Part shown: positions 9,107 to 18,424 of the stretch, in pieces | Position numbering within the stretch: position 1 is the first letter of the stretch | Layout of the letters: every line of letters begins with the position of its first letter | Origin: Bacteroidota bacterium | GTDB lineage: Bacteria; Bacteroidota; Ignavibacteria; UBA10030 | Reading direction: 5' to 3' | Assembly: GCA_049523215.1 (NCBI GenBank) | Contig: JBEKNC010000010.1 | Location: forward strand, 663 to 64,662 | DNA: 64,000 bases | Program-made: the position numbers and the translations under genes | Notes under the pieces: model-generated | Databases searched by the model: none | Seen by the model: only the letters and a program-made list of their open reading frames with translations | Told to the model about the DNA's origin: nothing

Positions 9107-11056
9107 ATGAAACAGCAATTCAAAATTTTGCTCTGCTTCGTGCCGATGGCTCTATCTTATGGAATGCCATCCGGTGCGGGAGATGATTCTACGCACACAT
9201 ACCATACTGATGAAGTTGTTGTAACGGCTACACGCACAGCTATTTCGTTTGACGATACGCCTTCACCGATTCACGTAATTTCAGCCGAGTCAATTGAGAG
9301 GATCGATGGAAAAACGGTTGCAGATGTGCTCCGAAACGTCAATGGTGCAAGTATTAAGGATTATGGCGCAGTTGGAGGAACAAAAAATGTTACATTTCGC
9401 GGATTATCAACCGAGAATGTATCATTGCTGATCAATGGCAATCCTATCAACGATCCGCAATACGGTTCCATGGATTTAAGTTTATTGCCTCTTGATGCGG
9501 TTGATCGTATGGAGATTTCATACGGTGGTTCTTCCGCTTTGTATGGCGGAAATGCACTGGGCGGAGTAGTAAATATTATCACACGCCGTGCTTCGGATGA
9601 TGTGCATGCCCGCATACAGGGTGAAGGAGGATCGTTTGGTGAGCGACGCGCAACTGCAGAGTTGCAAGGACGTTTCTCCGGTGTGGGGATGCTTGCCGGT
9701 GTGGCAAGAGAAACCGGGAACGATTTTTTCCCTTTTGTGTGGCATCGACAAAATCAGTCAGATACTACATTGTATCGCCGCAATGCAGATTACAAACGCA
9801 CTAATATTTTTATGAACAGTGATTATCAATCTGCTGAAGGTCTTGCTTTGAATGCTTCCATCCAATATGTGAAGTTCGAACGTGGTGTTCCCGGTTCAAT
9901 TGCCTATCCCAGTCCTGCACGACAGAATGATGAGGTGTTCCGCACGCTGTTCGGTTCCAAAATGTATCTGAATAAAAATTTAATTTTCAGTTTCAATGGA
10001 ATATACAATCACAGTAATGAAATTTATAGAGAACCTATAGAGTATATTCCGACAGATCTTTTATATCACAGCAGCTCTTATTTGATCAATTCTCAGATTG
10101 AATGGTCGCCGGTATCATGGGATCGTCTTCTTGGCGGCGCAGAATATGGCGAAGGGCGGCTTGATGTAGATGGTATTTCTTGGGGATCGCCTTTCTTCAT
10201 GAATCCGGCTCGAGTGCAAAAATCTGTTTATTTATCGAATGAAATAATAAATCAAAATGAGTCCGAATGGTTTGATCGTGTATCATTGTATCAAACTGTC
10301 CGCTATGATTATTATTCCGATGTCATAGAGGATGCCTTTTCGCCAAAATTAGGAGTAAATCTTCAAATCAATAAGCAATATAACGTGCATATTCGTAGCA
10401 GTTGGGGAAAGAATTTCCGTGTTCCGACTTTTAATGATTTATACTATCCAATGTACAGCAATCCTCATGTTACGCCGGAACGTTCAACTGCGTTTGATGC
10501 TGGAGTCGTTGGAAATATAGAGCAATCGGGCGGACAAACGCTGCAGGTGACGTATTTTGATATTGTTACTAAAGACAAAATAGTCTATGCTGCAGATTAT
10601 AAGCCGTACAATATCGGCAAAGCAGAAAACTCGGGAATCGAAATTCGATATGACTATCATTCTTTTGATGGAAGGGTGGAAGCATATTTTGGATTTACAT
10701 TAATTGATGCAATAAAGACGAATAGAGCTTCTGCGACAGATTCAACCTACGGGAAACAACTGCCATATGTTCCGAAATCATTGGGAGCGTTTGGGTTGTC
10801 GGTAGAAACATATATTGGCAGAATTAACATCAATCAATCGATAATGAGTGTGCGTTATACAAATTCGGATAACAGCAATTCACTGCCAGCTTATACGTTG
10901 ACCGATGTGAACATCGCCAAGAAAATATCGCTGCCGTATACTCAACTCACATTGCGCTGTGCCGTAAGCAATATCTTTGATGCTGACTATCAAGCGGTTG
11001 AAGGATATCCAACGTATGGACGCGCGTATAAAGTCGGCATTAGTGTCGACTATTGA
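9107..11056 (+). CDS. btuB: TonB-dependent cobalamin receptor
   Basis: TonB box-like EVVVTATR, plug domain, downstream of B12 riboswitch; start at ATG 9107 behind AAGGAGG. Confidence 0.88.
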   Translation: MKQQFKILLCFVPMALSYGMPSGAGDDSTHTYHTDEVVVTATRTAISFDDTPSPIHVISAESIERIDGKTVADVLRNVNGASIKDYGAVGGTKNVTFRGLSTENVSLLINGNPINDPQYGSMDLSLLPLDAVDRMEISYGGSSALYGGNALGGVVNIITRRASDDVHARIQGEGGSFGERRATAELQGRFSGVGMLAGVARETGNDFFPFVWHRQNQSDTTLYRRNADYKRTNIFMNSDYQSAEGLALNASIQYVKFERGVPGSIAYPSPARQNDEVFRTLFGSKMYLNKNLIFSFNGIYNHSNEIYREPIEYIPTDLLYHSSSYLINSQIEWSPVSWDRLLGGAEYGEGRLDVDGISWGSPFFMNPARVQKSVYLSNEIINQNESEWFDRVSLYQTVRYDYYSDVIEDAFSPKLGVNLQINKQYNVHIRSSWGKNFRVPTFNDLYYPMYSNPHVTPERSTAFDAGVVGNIEQSGGQTLQVTYFDIVTKDKIVYAADYKPYNIGKAENSGIEIRYDYHSFDGRVEAYFGFTLIDAIKTNRASATDSTYGKQLPYVPKSLGAFGLSVETYIGRININQSIMSVRYTNSDNSNSLPAYTLTDVNIAKKISLPYTQLTLRCAVSNIFDADYQAVEGYPTYGRAYKVGISVDY

Positions 11057-11114
11057 TTTGGTTCAAAAAGGAAAATAATGTATAATGAAACAGTTCATTT
11101 TATTTGGAGGATTT

Positions 11115-11642
11115 ATGCGTAATGTTCTTATCGGTTCAACTTTAATTCTGGCTGCGGCATTATCCCGGCTTCTTCCACATCCTGATAATTTCACTCCGAT
11201 AGCCGCGATGGCACTTGCAGGTGGCGTGTACCTTGAAAAACGATTCGCTCTCATCGTCCCACTTGCTGCGCTTGTGATCAGTGATTGCTTTATTGGTTTT
11301 CACAACACCATTCTCTTTGTCTATGGCAGCTTTATGCTCATCGGGTTTATGGGACTATGGCTGAAATCACATAAGAAATTCTTACCTGTCTTGGGGACTG
11401 CGCTTCTAAGCTCAATTCTCTTTTTTATCATTACTAATTTTGGTGTGTGGTTCACAGGCGGTGGATGGTTTTACCCGAAGACATGGCAAGGTTTTGTTGA
11501 ATGCTATGTCATGGCTATTCCATTCTTCCGGAATACGCTAGCAGGAGATTTGGTATTTACAGGAGTATTGTTTGGTTTGTTTGAATTATCTTTGCGCTCT
11601 ATCCGTGCTTCAGAAAAGAAAGCAATTCAAGCAAATTTATAA
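11115..11642 (+). CDS. DUF6580-like membrane protein, putative cobalamin transporter component
   Basis: SRLLPHPDNFTPIAAMAL motif, several TM helices, co-transcribed with btuB; SD GGAGG before ATG 11115. Confidence 0.7.
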   Translation: MRNVLIGSTLILAAALSRLLPHPDNFTPIAAMALAGGVYLEKRFALIVPLAALVISDCFIGFHNTILFVYGSFMLIGFMGLWLKSHKKFLPVLGTALLSSILFFIITNFGVWFTGGGWFYPKTWQGFVECYVMAIPFFRNTLAGDLVFTGVLFGLFELSLRSIRASEKKAIQANL

Positions 11643-11666
11643 TTATTCTCTCGTTGTGATTTGTTG

Positions 11667-11710
11667 ACGTCAGATTGGCTCGGAAGAAGCTCATCTGACG
11701 TTTTTATTTT
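11667..11710 (+). terminator. Intrinsic terminator of B12 operon
   Basis: ACGTCAGAT / ATCTGACGT stem plus T run. Confidence 0.75.
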
Positions 11711-12039
11711 TTAAGAACGAGTGAAATTCTGATGGAGAATTTTTAACCATACATGGAAACCTTGATTCCATTGGACTTTCTAACTTTTTTGATTGATACC
11801 TCGTCGAATGACATATATCAAGAATGATATTATTGCTTTTTTTCTTCCAATAGCATTTTGTAGAAAAAGCTCTATATTGAACCCCATTAAACTCAAACGC
11901 AATCATATGTCAAATAAAATAGAGCTTGCGTTGCGATGTTCAATTCATATCTCCCCGCGTTGCTACTGCACGATCTGTTTGTCCCTGTATAAACCCATTT
12001 GTGGAGATATTCGATAAAAATCAAAGTCATAAGGATACT

Positions 12040-13380
12040 ATGTCCGACTACATCAACAAAATTATTGCCCATGTAAAGGCAAAGAATTCCAATGAACCGG
12101 AGTTTCATCAAGCGGTAGAAGAAGTATGCGAGTCTTTGGAGCCGGTGTTTGCGCGTCACCCGGAATACCGTGCTGCAAAAATTCTTGAGCGTATGGTCGA
12201 ACCCGAACGGATTGTCATCTTTCGTGTTCCATGGATGGATGATCAGGGTGAAATTCATATTAACCGTGGATTCCGGATTCAGATGAACAGTGCAATTGGT
12301 CCATATAAAGGAGGATTACGCTTCCATCCATCTGTTACACTAAGCATTCTTAAATTTCTTGCATTCGAACAAGTGTTCAAGAATAGTCTTACAACACTGC
12401 CGATGGGCGGCGGCAAAGGCGGGGCAGATTTTGATCCTAAAGGGAAGAGCGATAATGAAGTGATGCGGTTTTGTCAAAGTTTCATGACAGAATTATTTCG
12501 TCATATCGGTGCAGATACAGATGTACCAGCTGGAGATATTGGTGTGGGAACACGTGAGATCGGATTCCTCTTCGGTCAATACAAACGGCTTACGACAGAA
12601 TTCACAGGTGTGCTGACCGGAAAAGGATTGAATTGGGGCGGTTCCCTTATCCGCCCAGAAGCAACAGGATTTGGGGTCGTTTATTTTACTGAGGAGATGT
12701 TAAAGACGAAAGGTTTGAGTATTGCAGGAAAAACAGTTGCAGTTTCCGGTTTTGGCAATGTTGCTTGGGGTGCGGTCACAAAAGTAAACCAATTGGGAGG
12801 GAAAGTGGTGACACTTTCCGGTCCTGATGGTTTCGTGTATGACCCAAATGGCATTAAAGGTGAGAAGATTCAATATATGCTTGAAATGCGTGCAAGTGCG
12901 AAAGATGAAGTAAAATCTTATGCCGATAAATTTAAGGCACAATTCTTTCCCGGTAAAAAGCCGTGGAGTGTAAAGGTAGATGTTGCCTTACCGTGTGCTA
13001 CGCAAAACGAGCTTGACGAAAATGACGCGAAAGAGCTTGTAAAAAACGGTTGCGTTTGCGTGTGTGAAGGATCGAACATGCCAACGACAATTTCGGGTCT
13101 CAAAATTTTTCATTCAGCGGGCATTCTTTATTCTCCTGGCAAAGCGTCGAATGCCGGAGGTGTCGCTACATCCGGATTGGAAATGAGCCAAAACAGCATG
13201 CGTTTGCCATGGCCGAAAGAAGAAGTTGATGCGCGATTGCATCAGATCATGAAAAGTATTCATGATACATGTATGCAGACCGCTGAACGATTTGGTGATC
13301 CGGGCAATTACGTCTTGGGTGCAAATATCGCTGGATTTCTGAAAGTCGCTAATGCTATGCTCGAACAGGGCTTGGTATAG
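12040..13380 (+). CDS. gdhA: NADP-specific glutamate dehydrogenase, copy 1
   Basis: [38 protein letters not shown] motifs; start ATG 12040. Confidence 0.95.
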   Translation: MSDYINKIIAHVKAKNSNEPEFHQAVEEVCESLEPVFARHPEYRAAKILERMVEPERIVIFRVPWMDDQGEIHINRGFRIQMNSAIGPYKGGLRFHPSVTLSILKFLAFEQVFKNSLTTLPMGGGKGGADFDPKGKSDNEVMRFCQSFMTELFRHIGADTDVPAGDIGVGTREIGFLFGQYKRLTTEFTGVLTGKGLNWGGSLIRPEATGFGVVYFTEEMLKTKGLSIAGKTVAVSGFGNVAWGAVTKVNQLGGKVVTLSGPDGFVYDPNGIKGEKIQYMLEMRASAKDEVKSYADKFKAQFFPGKKPWSVKVDVALPCATQNELDENDAKELVKNGCVCVCEGSNMPTTISGLKIFHSAGILYSPGKASNAGGVATSGLEMSQNSMRLPWPKEEVDARLHQIMKSIHDTCMQTAERFGDPGNYVLGANIAGFLKVANAMLEQGLV

Positions 13381-13488
13381 CAGATTCATATCTGAAGTAT
13401 ACTCGTTCAAGATATATTTCGCACTGCTTGTGTCAGGGAGTTTTCATACGATAGTTGATAGTGTCTGAAAAATTTATGCTATGCTCAT

Positions 13489-16470
13489 ATGAATCGATTT
13501 GATAAGTTTTCGACAGAAGATATATATGGAAGCCGCATCAAGTCGTTCCAGAAACTGATGCGCATAAAGGTGCGCGATATCCTGCTTGTCGCCAGCCTTT
13601 ATGATCAGTACCTGTTTGAAGAAGATGGCAGATTATATGAACTGATTCGACAGGAATTTCAAGTCCTCAATCTGAGTCACCCGCCAGAGATTACGCATGT
13701 GACCAGCGGTGAAGAGGCAATCGAGCTTCTTACCTCCGGCGAAAAATTCGATCTTATCATCACCACACTGCATATTGAAGATATGCATGTTATCCGATTT
13801 GCGCAAAAAGTACGACAGACAGGTATCGATATTCCCATGATCTTGTTGGCGTACGACAATCGAGAAAAAAAAGAAATCATCATGAATTACGATACATCGG
13901 TGTTCGATCGTATATTCATATGGACTGGCGATTACCGTCTCTTGGTTGCGATGATTAAGTATGTTGAAGACAGGCTCAATGTTCAAAGCGATACTGCGAC
14001 AGTTGGTGTGCAAGTTATTATTTTGGTAGAAGATGATATCAGCTTCTACTCCTCATATTTGCCGTTACTCTATACACAGATTCTCAACCAGTCCCAACGG
14101 CTCATTTCAGAAGGTGTCAATCTTACACATAAATTTCTCAGGATGCGGGCACGGCCGAAGATTTTGCTTTGTTCAACATACGAAGAAGCTTGGTCGTATT
14201 TTGAGAAATACGAAGACTTTGTGCTCGGCGTTATTTCGGATATTGACTTCCTTCGTGAAGGAGTCAAAGACTCTGAAGCAGGTTTCAAGTTTGCGGAAGC
14301 GGTGCGAAAAAAAAAGGAAGACATTCCCATCCTCCTTCAATCAGGCGATGCAAAGGCAGCGGCGAAAGCATTTGAAATCGGAGCTGCATTCCTGCAAAAG
14401 GGTTCACCGACACTCTTGCATGATCTGAATAACTTCGTTATGACGCATTTCGGGTTCGGCGACTTTATTTTTCGTATGCCGGACGGAACGGAAGTTGGAA
14501 GGGCGACGAACTTAAAACAGTTGGCAGAACATCTTCAAACTGTTCCGGATGAATGTATCCAATTTCATGCCAAGCGTAATCACTTTTCTAATTGGTTGAA
14601 GGCCAGAACGGAATTCTGGCTTGCTCATAAGCTTCGTCCGCAAAAGGTTGAAGACTTCCCGAGCACCGCTGAATTACGGAACGATTTAATCGGTGCTTTG
14701 CGGTTGTATTTAGAAACACGTCAGTTGGGCATCATTACGGAATTCTCCAAGGGATCGTTTGATCCTCAAAACAGCTTTGCGCGAATTGGTACCGGTTCGG
14801 TAGGGGGCAAGGCACGCGGCTTAGGTTTCATCAATACACTTATCAACAACTACAACATTCGTGATAAATTTGAAGGAGCGGAAATATCTGTTCCGTCGGC
14901 GGTAGTTATTGCGACGGATGTTTTCGACAGATTTTTATTGGAAAATAAACTTGAGAATTTTATTCTGGAATCAAAGAGCGACGAAGAAGTTCTCCAGCGT
15001 TTCACTGATGCACCGTACTTTCCACCTGATGTGGTCTTTCGGTTAATCGATTTTCTTGAAATTATGCACGAGCCGTTGGCTGTGCGCTCATCCAGTTTGT
15101 TGGAAGATTCACAATATCAGCCGTTTGCCGGTGTGTATCAAACCTATATGTTGCCGAACAAGAATTCCGATCCCACTGTCCGATTACATGAATTGTTGGA
15201 AAGCATAAAGCTCGTGTATGCCTCTACTTTCAGTAAACAAGCAAAAGACTACATGAAAGCAACCCCCTACCGGCTCGAAGAAGAGAAGATGGCGGTTATT
15301 ATCCAGCGAATGGTTGGTACATCACATCATAATCGATTTTATCCTGAATTTGCCGGAGTTGCAAAATCCTATAACTTCTATCCTGTACCACCGCAGAAAT
15401 CAGAAGATGGCATTGTTCAGGTTGCACTCGGATTAGGTTACACCGTGGTAGAAGGACATAACTCAGTTCGTTTTTGTCCCAAATATCCGCGTCACCTCAT
15501 GCAATTCTTTACAACAAAGGAGACGATTCGCAATGCCCAGCAAGAGTACCTTGCACTCGATCTCACGGCAACGTTCAGCCATGAAAATCATGAGACGCCG
15601 GATGTGATGATCAAACATTATGATCTGAGCACAGCAGAGGAAGATAATACGCTCTTTTATGTCGGATCCACCTATTCCCCGGAAGATGATTCTGTATATG
15701 ATGGAGTGTCACGTGCTGGGAAACGTGTTGTCACATTTGCCCCGGTCTTAAAACATCGGATATTCCCATTACCGGAAATTCTTGATTTAATTTTAGAGAT
15801 GGGGACATGGGGTATGGGCACACATGTCGAAATCGAATTTGCAGTCAATATGAATACATTACCGGGCGAACCGAAAGAGTTCGCAATGCTGCAGATTCGT
15901 CCCTTAGTTATGAACCTTGAATTTGAAGAGCTTGATGTTGATCAATTCGTTCGCGAAAACCTTATTTGTCAGAGCGAGCAGGTGCTCGGTAATGGTGCTG
16001 TCCAGGATATTTACGATATAGTCGTGGTGGATTCGGATAAGTTTGACAGATCAAAGAGTAAAGAAACGGCACGTGAAGTCAGTGAAATCAATGCCCGATT
16101 GCTTTCAGAACATCGACCATATGTGTTAATTGGAATGGGTCGATGGGGAAGCATGGATCCGTGGCTTGGTATTCCTGTCACATGGGACCAAATCTCAGGT
16201 GCGTCGGTGATTGTTGAGTCTGGTTTTAAAGACATCGATGTAACACCGTCACAAGGGTCGCATTTTTTTCAAAACATTACGTCATTTCGCGTGGGTTACT
16301 TTACTGTGAATGCCTCGCACAATCTTGGGTTCATCGATTGGGATTGGCTGAAAGTGCAGCCGGCGTTTCAGGAATTTAATCACGTTCGCCACTTGAGGTT
16401 TGATAAACCGTTCAGTGCTAAGATTAACGGACGGAAGAATAAAGGTGTGATTATGAAACCGGGGGAATAA
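13489..16470 (+). CDS. Receiver-domain / PEP-pyruvate-binding (PPDK N-terminal ATP-grasp) protein, copy 1
   Basis: Two REC-like domains, then GGKARGL, PLAVRSSSLLEDS..FAGVY ATP-grasp motifs; no pyruvate-binding barrel. Confidence 0.85.
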   Translation: MNRFDKFSTEDIYGSRIKSFQKLMRIKVRDILLVASLYDQYLFEEDGRLYELIRQEFQVLNLSHPPEITHVTSGEEAIELLTSGEKFDLIITTLHIEDMHVIRFAQKVRQTGIDIPMILLAYDNREKKEIIMNYDTSVFDRIFIWTGDYRLLVAMIKYVEDRLNVQSDTATVGVQVIILVEDDISFYSSYLPLLYTQILNQSQRLISEGVNLTHKFLRMRARPKILLCSTYEEAWSYFEKYEDFVLGVISDIDFLREGVKDSEAGFKFAEAVRKKKEDIPILLQSGDAKAAAKAFEIGAAFLQKGSPTLLHDLNNFVMTHFGFGDFIFRMPDGTEVGRATNLKQLAEHLQTVPDECIQFHAKRNHFSNWLKARTEFWLAHKLRPQKVEDFPSTAELRNDLIGALRLYLETRQLGIITEFSKGSFDPQNSFARIGTGSVGGKARGLGFINTLINNYNIRDKFEGAEISVPSAVVIATDVFDRFLLENKLENFILESKSDEEVLQRFTDAPYFPPDVVFRLIDFLEIMHEPLAVRSSSLLEDSQYQPFAGVYQTYMLPNKNSDPTVRLHELLESIKLVYASTFSKQAKDYMKATPYRLEEEKMAVIIQRMVGTSHHNRFYPEFAGVAKSYNFYPVPPQKSEDGIVQVALGLGYTVVEGHNSVRFCPKYPRHLMQFFTTKETIRNAQQEYLALDLTATFSHENHETPDVMIKHYDLSTAEEDNTLFYVGSTYSPEDDSVYDGVSRAGKRVVTFAPVLKHRIFPLPEILDLILEMGTWGMGTHVEIEFAVNMNTLPGEPKEFAMLQIRPLVMNLEFEELDVDQFVRENLICQSEQVLGNGAVQDIYDIVVVDSDKFDRSKSKETAREVSEINARLLSEHRPYVLIGMGRWGSMDPWLGIPVTWDQISGASVIVESGFKDIDVTPSQGSHFFQNITSFRVGYFTVNASHNLGFIDWDWLKVQPAFQEFNHVRHLRFDKPFSAKINGRKNKGVIMKPGE

Positions 16471-16515
16471 AGTTTAAATATTGAGAAAATCGATGCCATT
16501 TTCATATTTCCTTCC

Positions 16516-16523
16516 CTTAAGTG
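16516..16523. repeat. Left target-site duplication CTTAAGTG
   Basis: Identical to 21297-21304. Confidence 0.9.
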
Positions 16524-16539
16524 GGTAGTGGGCTACTTT
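16524..16539 (+). repeat. Left terminal inverted repeat
   Basis: GGTAGTGGGCTACTTT, exact reverse complement of 21281-21296. Confidence 0.92.
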
Positions 16540-16667
16540 AGATTCCATTTTTAGCTATTCTCGCTGTGATTCGGGAACTTATATTGCTTTTAGGTGTAAT
16601 GTTTATCATGTTTGTAGTGTCGTGCCAATAGCTCACTAAATACTTCACTAATTGTACGGGGTTCATT

Positions 16668-16955
16668 ATGGCTGCTCTCCGAGTATACTGTATCAATAAA
16701 CGAGAACATTATAACCCACATGAACGCATAACCCACATCGGTGGATTCAATGCAAATGAAACCCGATGGAAACTTACCGAAAACAACGCCATTGCTGGAA
16801 TTAAAAACGGAACATATAGTTTTTATGTTTCCATCAACGGTAAATCCGTCAATGTTATCATCGCCATACACAACGGTAGAGAATATCTCAAAACCGAAGC
16901 CGACGGATATGAACCAAATAACCTACTCAGCTTGCCAGAGTGTCCAAGCCTATAG
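16668..16955 (+). CDS. DUF3892-like small protein (passenger)
   Basis: RVYCINK...HERITHIG...YLKTEADG..NNLLSLPEC pattern. Confidence 0.75.
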   Translation: MAALRVYCINKREHYNPHERITHIGGFNANETRWKLTENNAIAGIKNGTYSFYVSINGKSVNVIIAIHNGREYLKTEADGYEPNNLLSLPECPSL

Positions 16956-16956
16956 G

Positions 16957-17166
16957 TTAAAATATTTTTCCAGTCATTGCTGTTTTGTATGGTGACATAG
17001 CAATATTGGGATTTATTACCCATGTCAACGCCTGTTGCATCGCATACAATTGACCATATCTGCCCGATGATATTGTCTTAGAATGTAGCTTATGCGAAAT
17101 ACTTTCAAGCTCCATCTTTATTCTATTCGGGGACGGGTTATTTATTTTAGGATATAGTTTCATCAT
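16957..17166 (-). CDS. Small hypothetical protein (passenger)
   Basis: 69-aa ORF convergent with the DUF3892 gene; no recognised motif. Confidence 0.45.
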   Translation of the reverse strand: MMKLYPKINNPSPNRIKMELESISHKLHSKTISSGRYGQLYAMQQALTWVINPNIAMSPYKTAMTGKIF

Positions 17167-17224
17167 TATAATTTACCGAGAAATGAGTGACACTACAACA
17201 CTAATGTGAGTACACTTGAAGACG

Positions 17225-17253
17225 TTGACTTTATCGAAGAGAATAACTATAAT
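17225..17253 (+). promoter_or_regulatory. Near-consensus sigma70 promoter with no downstream ORF
   Basis: TTGACT-N17-TATAAT. Confidence 0.8.
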
Positions 17254-17259
17254 TAGTCC

Positions 17260-17342
17260 CCTCGCGTCTTTTCCCTCCCCAAGAAAAACGCGAGCCGAAG
17301 CCTCGACAAATTTTGGCGTTTATGTCGAGGCTTCACTTTTTT
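17260..17342 (+). ncRNA. Candidate ~83-nt small RNA
   Basis: Promoter upstream, hairpin with C-rich loop, 12-bp terminator stem GAAGCCTCGACA/TGTCGAGGCTTC plus T run; no ORF. Confidence 0.55.
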
Positions 17343-18175
17343 TAAGCGGCTTTTCTAATCTGTGTTCCGAGTAATAAGTTTTCCCAAGTCCAAATTGTGT
17401 GTGTTACGTTTGCTTGCATTGCTGGCGTTACTCTCAATGATGAATGAATACGCATAAAGTTGTAATGATAGAAATGCAGTGCAACAGCACATTCAAGATT
17501 TCTTAACTTCTTACTGAAAGCATTTGTTAAACGTGTGAATCTTCTCATTTGCATTCTCATTGTAAGATTCTGTCTCTCAATGTAACTGGTAGAAATATGC
17601 TTTCTGTTAGGGCTTCCGATTAGCGGATTTATTATAACCCTCACAATCTGAGCGGGACTGTACCGTTTTTCACCTTTTCCATCATCTGCATATTCTTTGT
17701 GAATCTGTCCATAGTCAATGTCTTCACCAAAAACAGAATCTACAACATTAAAATAAGGCGCGAATGAATCCGTAGAGAGTTGAAAGCGTGTGCTGATTCT
17801 GTACTGCAAATCCTTTATGAATGATTGCGTCACTTGAATGTTTCTTTTGCCTACTTTGTAAACCGGAACAAGTTTCGTTTCTGCATCCATAGCTACAAAT
17901 ACATATTGATCGCCCAATTCTTTTGAATCATTCTCTGTGAGTTGTTTTTGTTTCTTCCCTACATAAGTCCAGATTTCATCTACTTGTACATATTTTGATT
18001 GAATGCCTACCATTTGAGTGTCAAGGATTTCTTTCGCTTGTTCTCCAGCTTCAATGAGTAAGCGCATAACTGTTTTCTTGTTCACGCCTGTGAGTCTAAC
18101 AGTGGAACGGATTGAGTTTCCTTCTACAAGGGAATTGAGAACTAAGATTTTCTTTCCGAGTGGTAATGAGTTCAT
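17342..18175 (-). CDS. IS1-family DDE transposase (single ORF, HTH plus catalytic core)
   Basis: HTH VEGNSIRSTVRLTGVNKKTV; VDEIW, LSTD, YIERQNLTMRMQMRRFTRLTNAFSKK. Confidence 0.88.
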   Translation of the reverse strand: MNSLPLGKKILVLNSLVEGNSIRSTVRLTGVNKKTVMRLLIEAGEQAKEILDTQMVGIQSKYVQVDEIWTYVGKKQKQLTENDSKELGDQYVFVAMDAETKLVPVYKVGKRNIQVTQSFIKDLQYRISTRFQLSTDSFAPYFNVVDSVFGEDIDYGQIHKEYADDGKGEKRYSPAQIVRVIINPLIGSPNRKHISTSYIERQNLTMRMQMRRFTRLTNAFSKKLRNLECAVALHFYHYNFMRIHSSLRVTPAMQANVTHTIWTWENLLLGTQIRKAA

Positions 18176-18195
18176 TGCGGTGCTCCAAGTTTAAC

Positions 18196-18224
18196 TTGAT
18201 TTTTTCCCGCAATGAACGTATATT
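18196..18224 (+). promoter_or_regulatory. Promoter firing antisense to the transposase leader
   Basis: TTGATT-N17-TATATT. Confidence 0.7.
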
Positions 18225-18230
18225 GAAACA

Positions 18231-18424
18231 GGGTCTTTGTCCGTTCACGCGGGCATTGATTTAGGGTTTGCAGGTGTTAGTAGCACTTGCAGACCCGCTT
18301 AAAAAAGCGGGTTACATAATAGTATTTTAAGCACGTTACTCATACACCGTTCCCTTCTGTGAAATGCTGATAACATTTCACTTTGATTGTTTTGAGACTG
18401 GCACTCACGTTGAGTGCCTTTTTT
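18231..18424 (+). ncRNA. Candidate ~195-nt structured antisense RNA
   Basis: Promoter, 13-bp hairpin whose two G-U wobbles work only on the + strand, further hairpins, terminator GGCACTCA/TGAGTGCC plus T6. Confidence 0.5.

Noticed and set aside
13489-16470. Annotation as phosphoenolpyruvate synthase (ppsA)
   Set aside because: The pyruvate/PEP-binding barrel is absent; only the nucleotide-binding domain matches.
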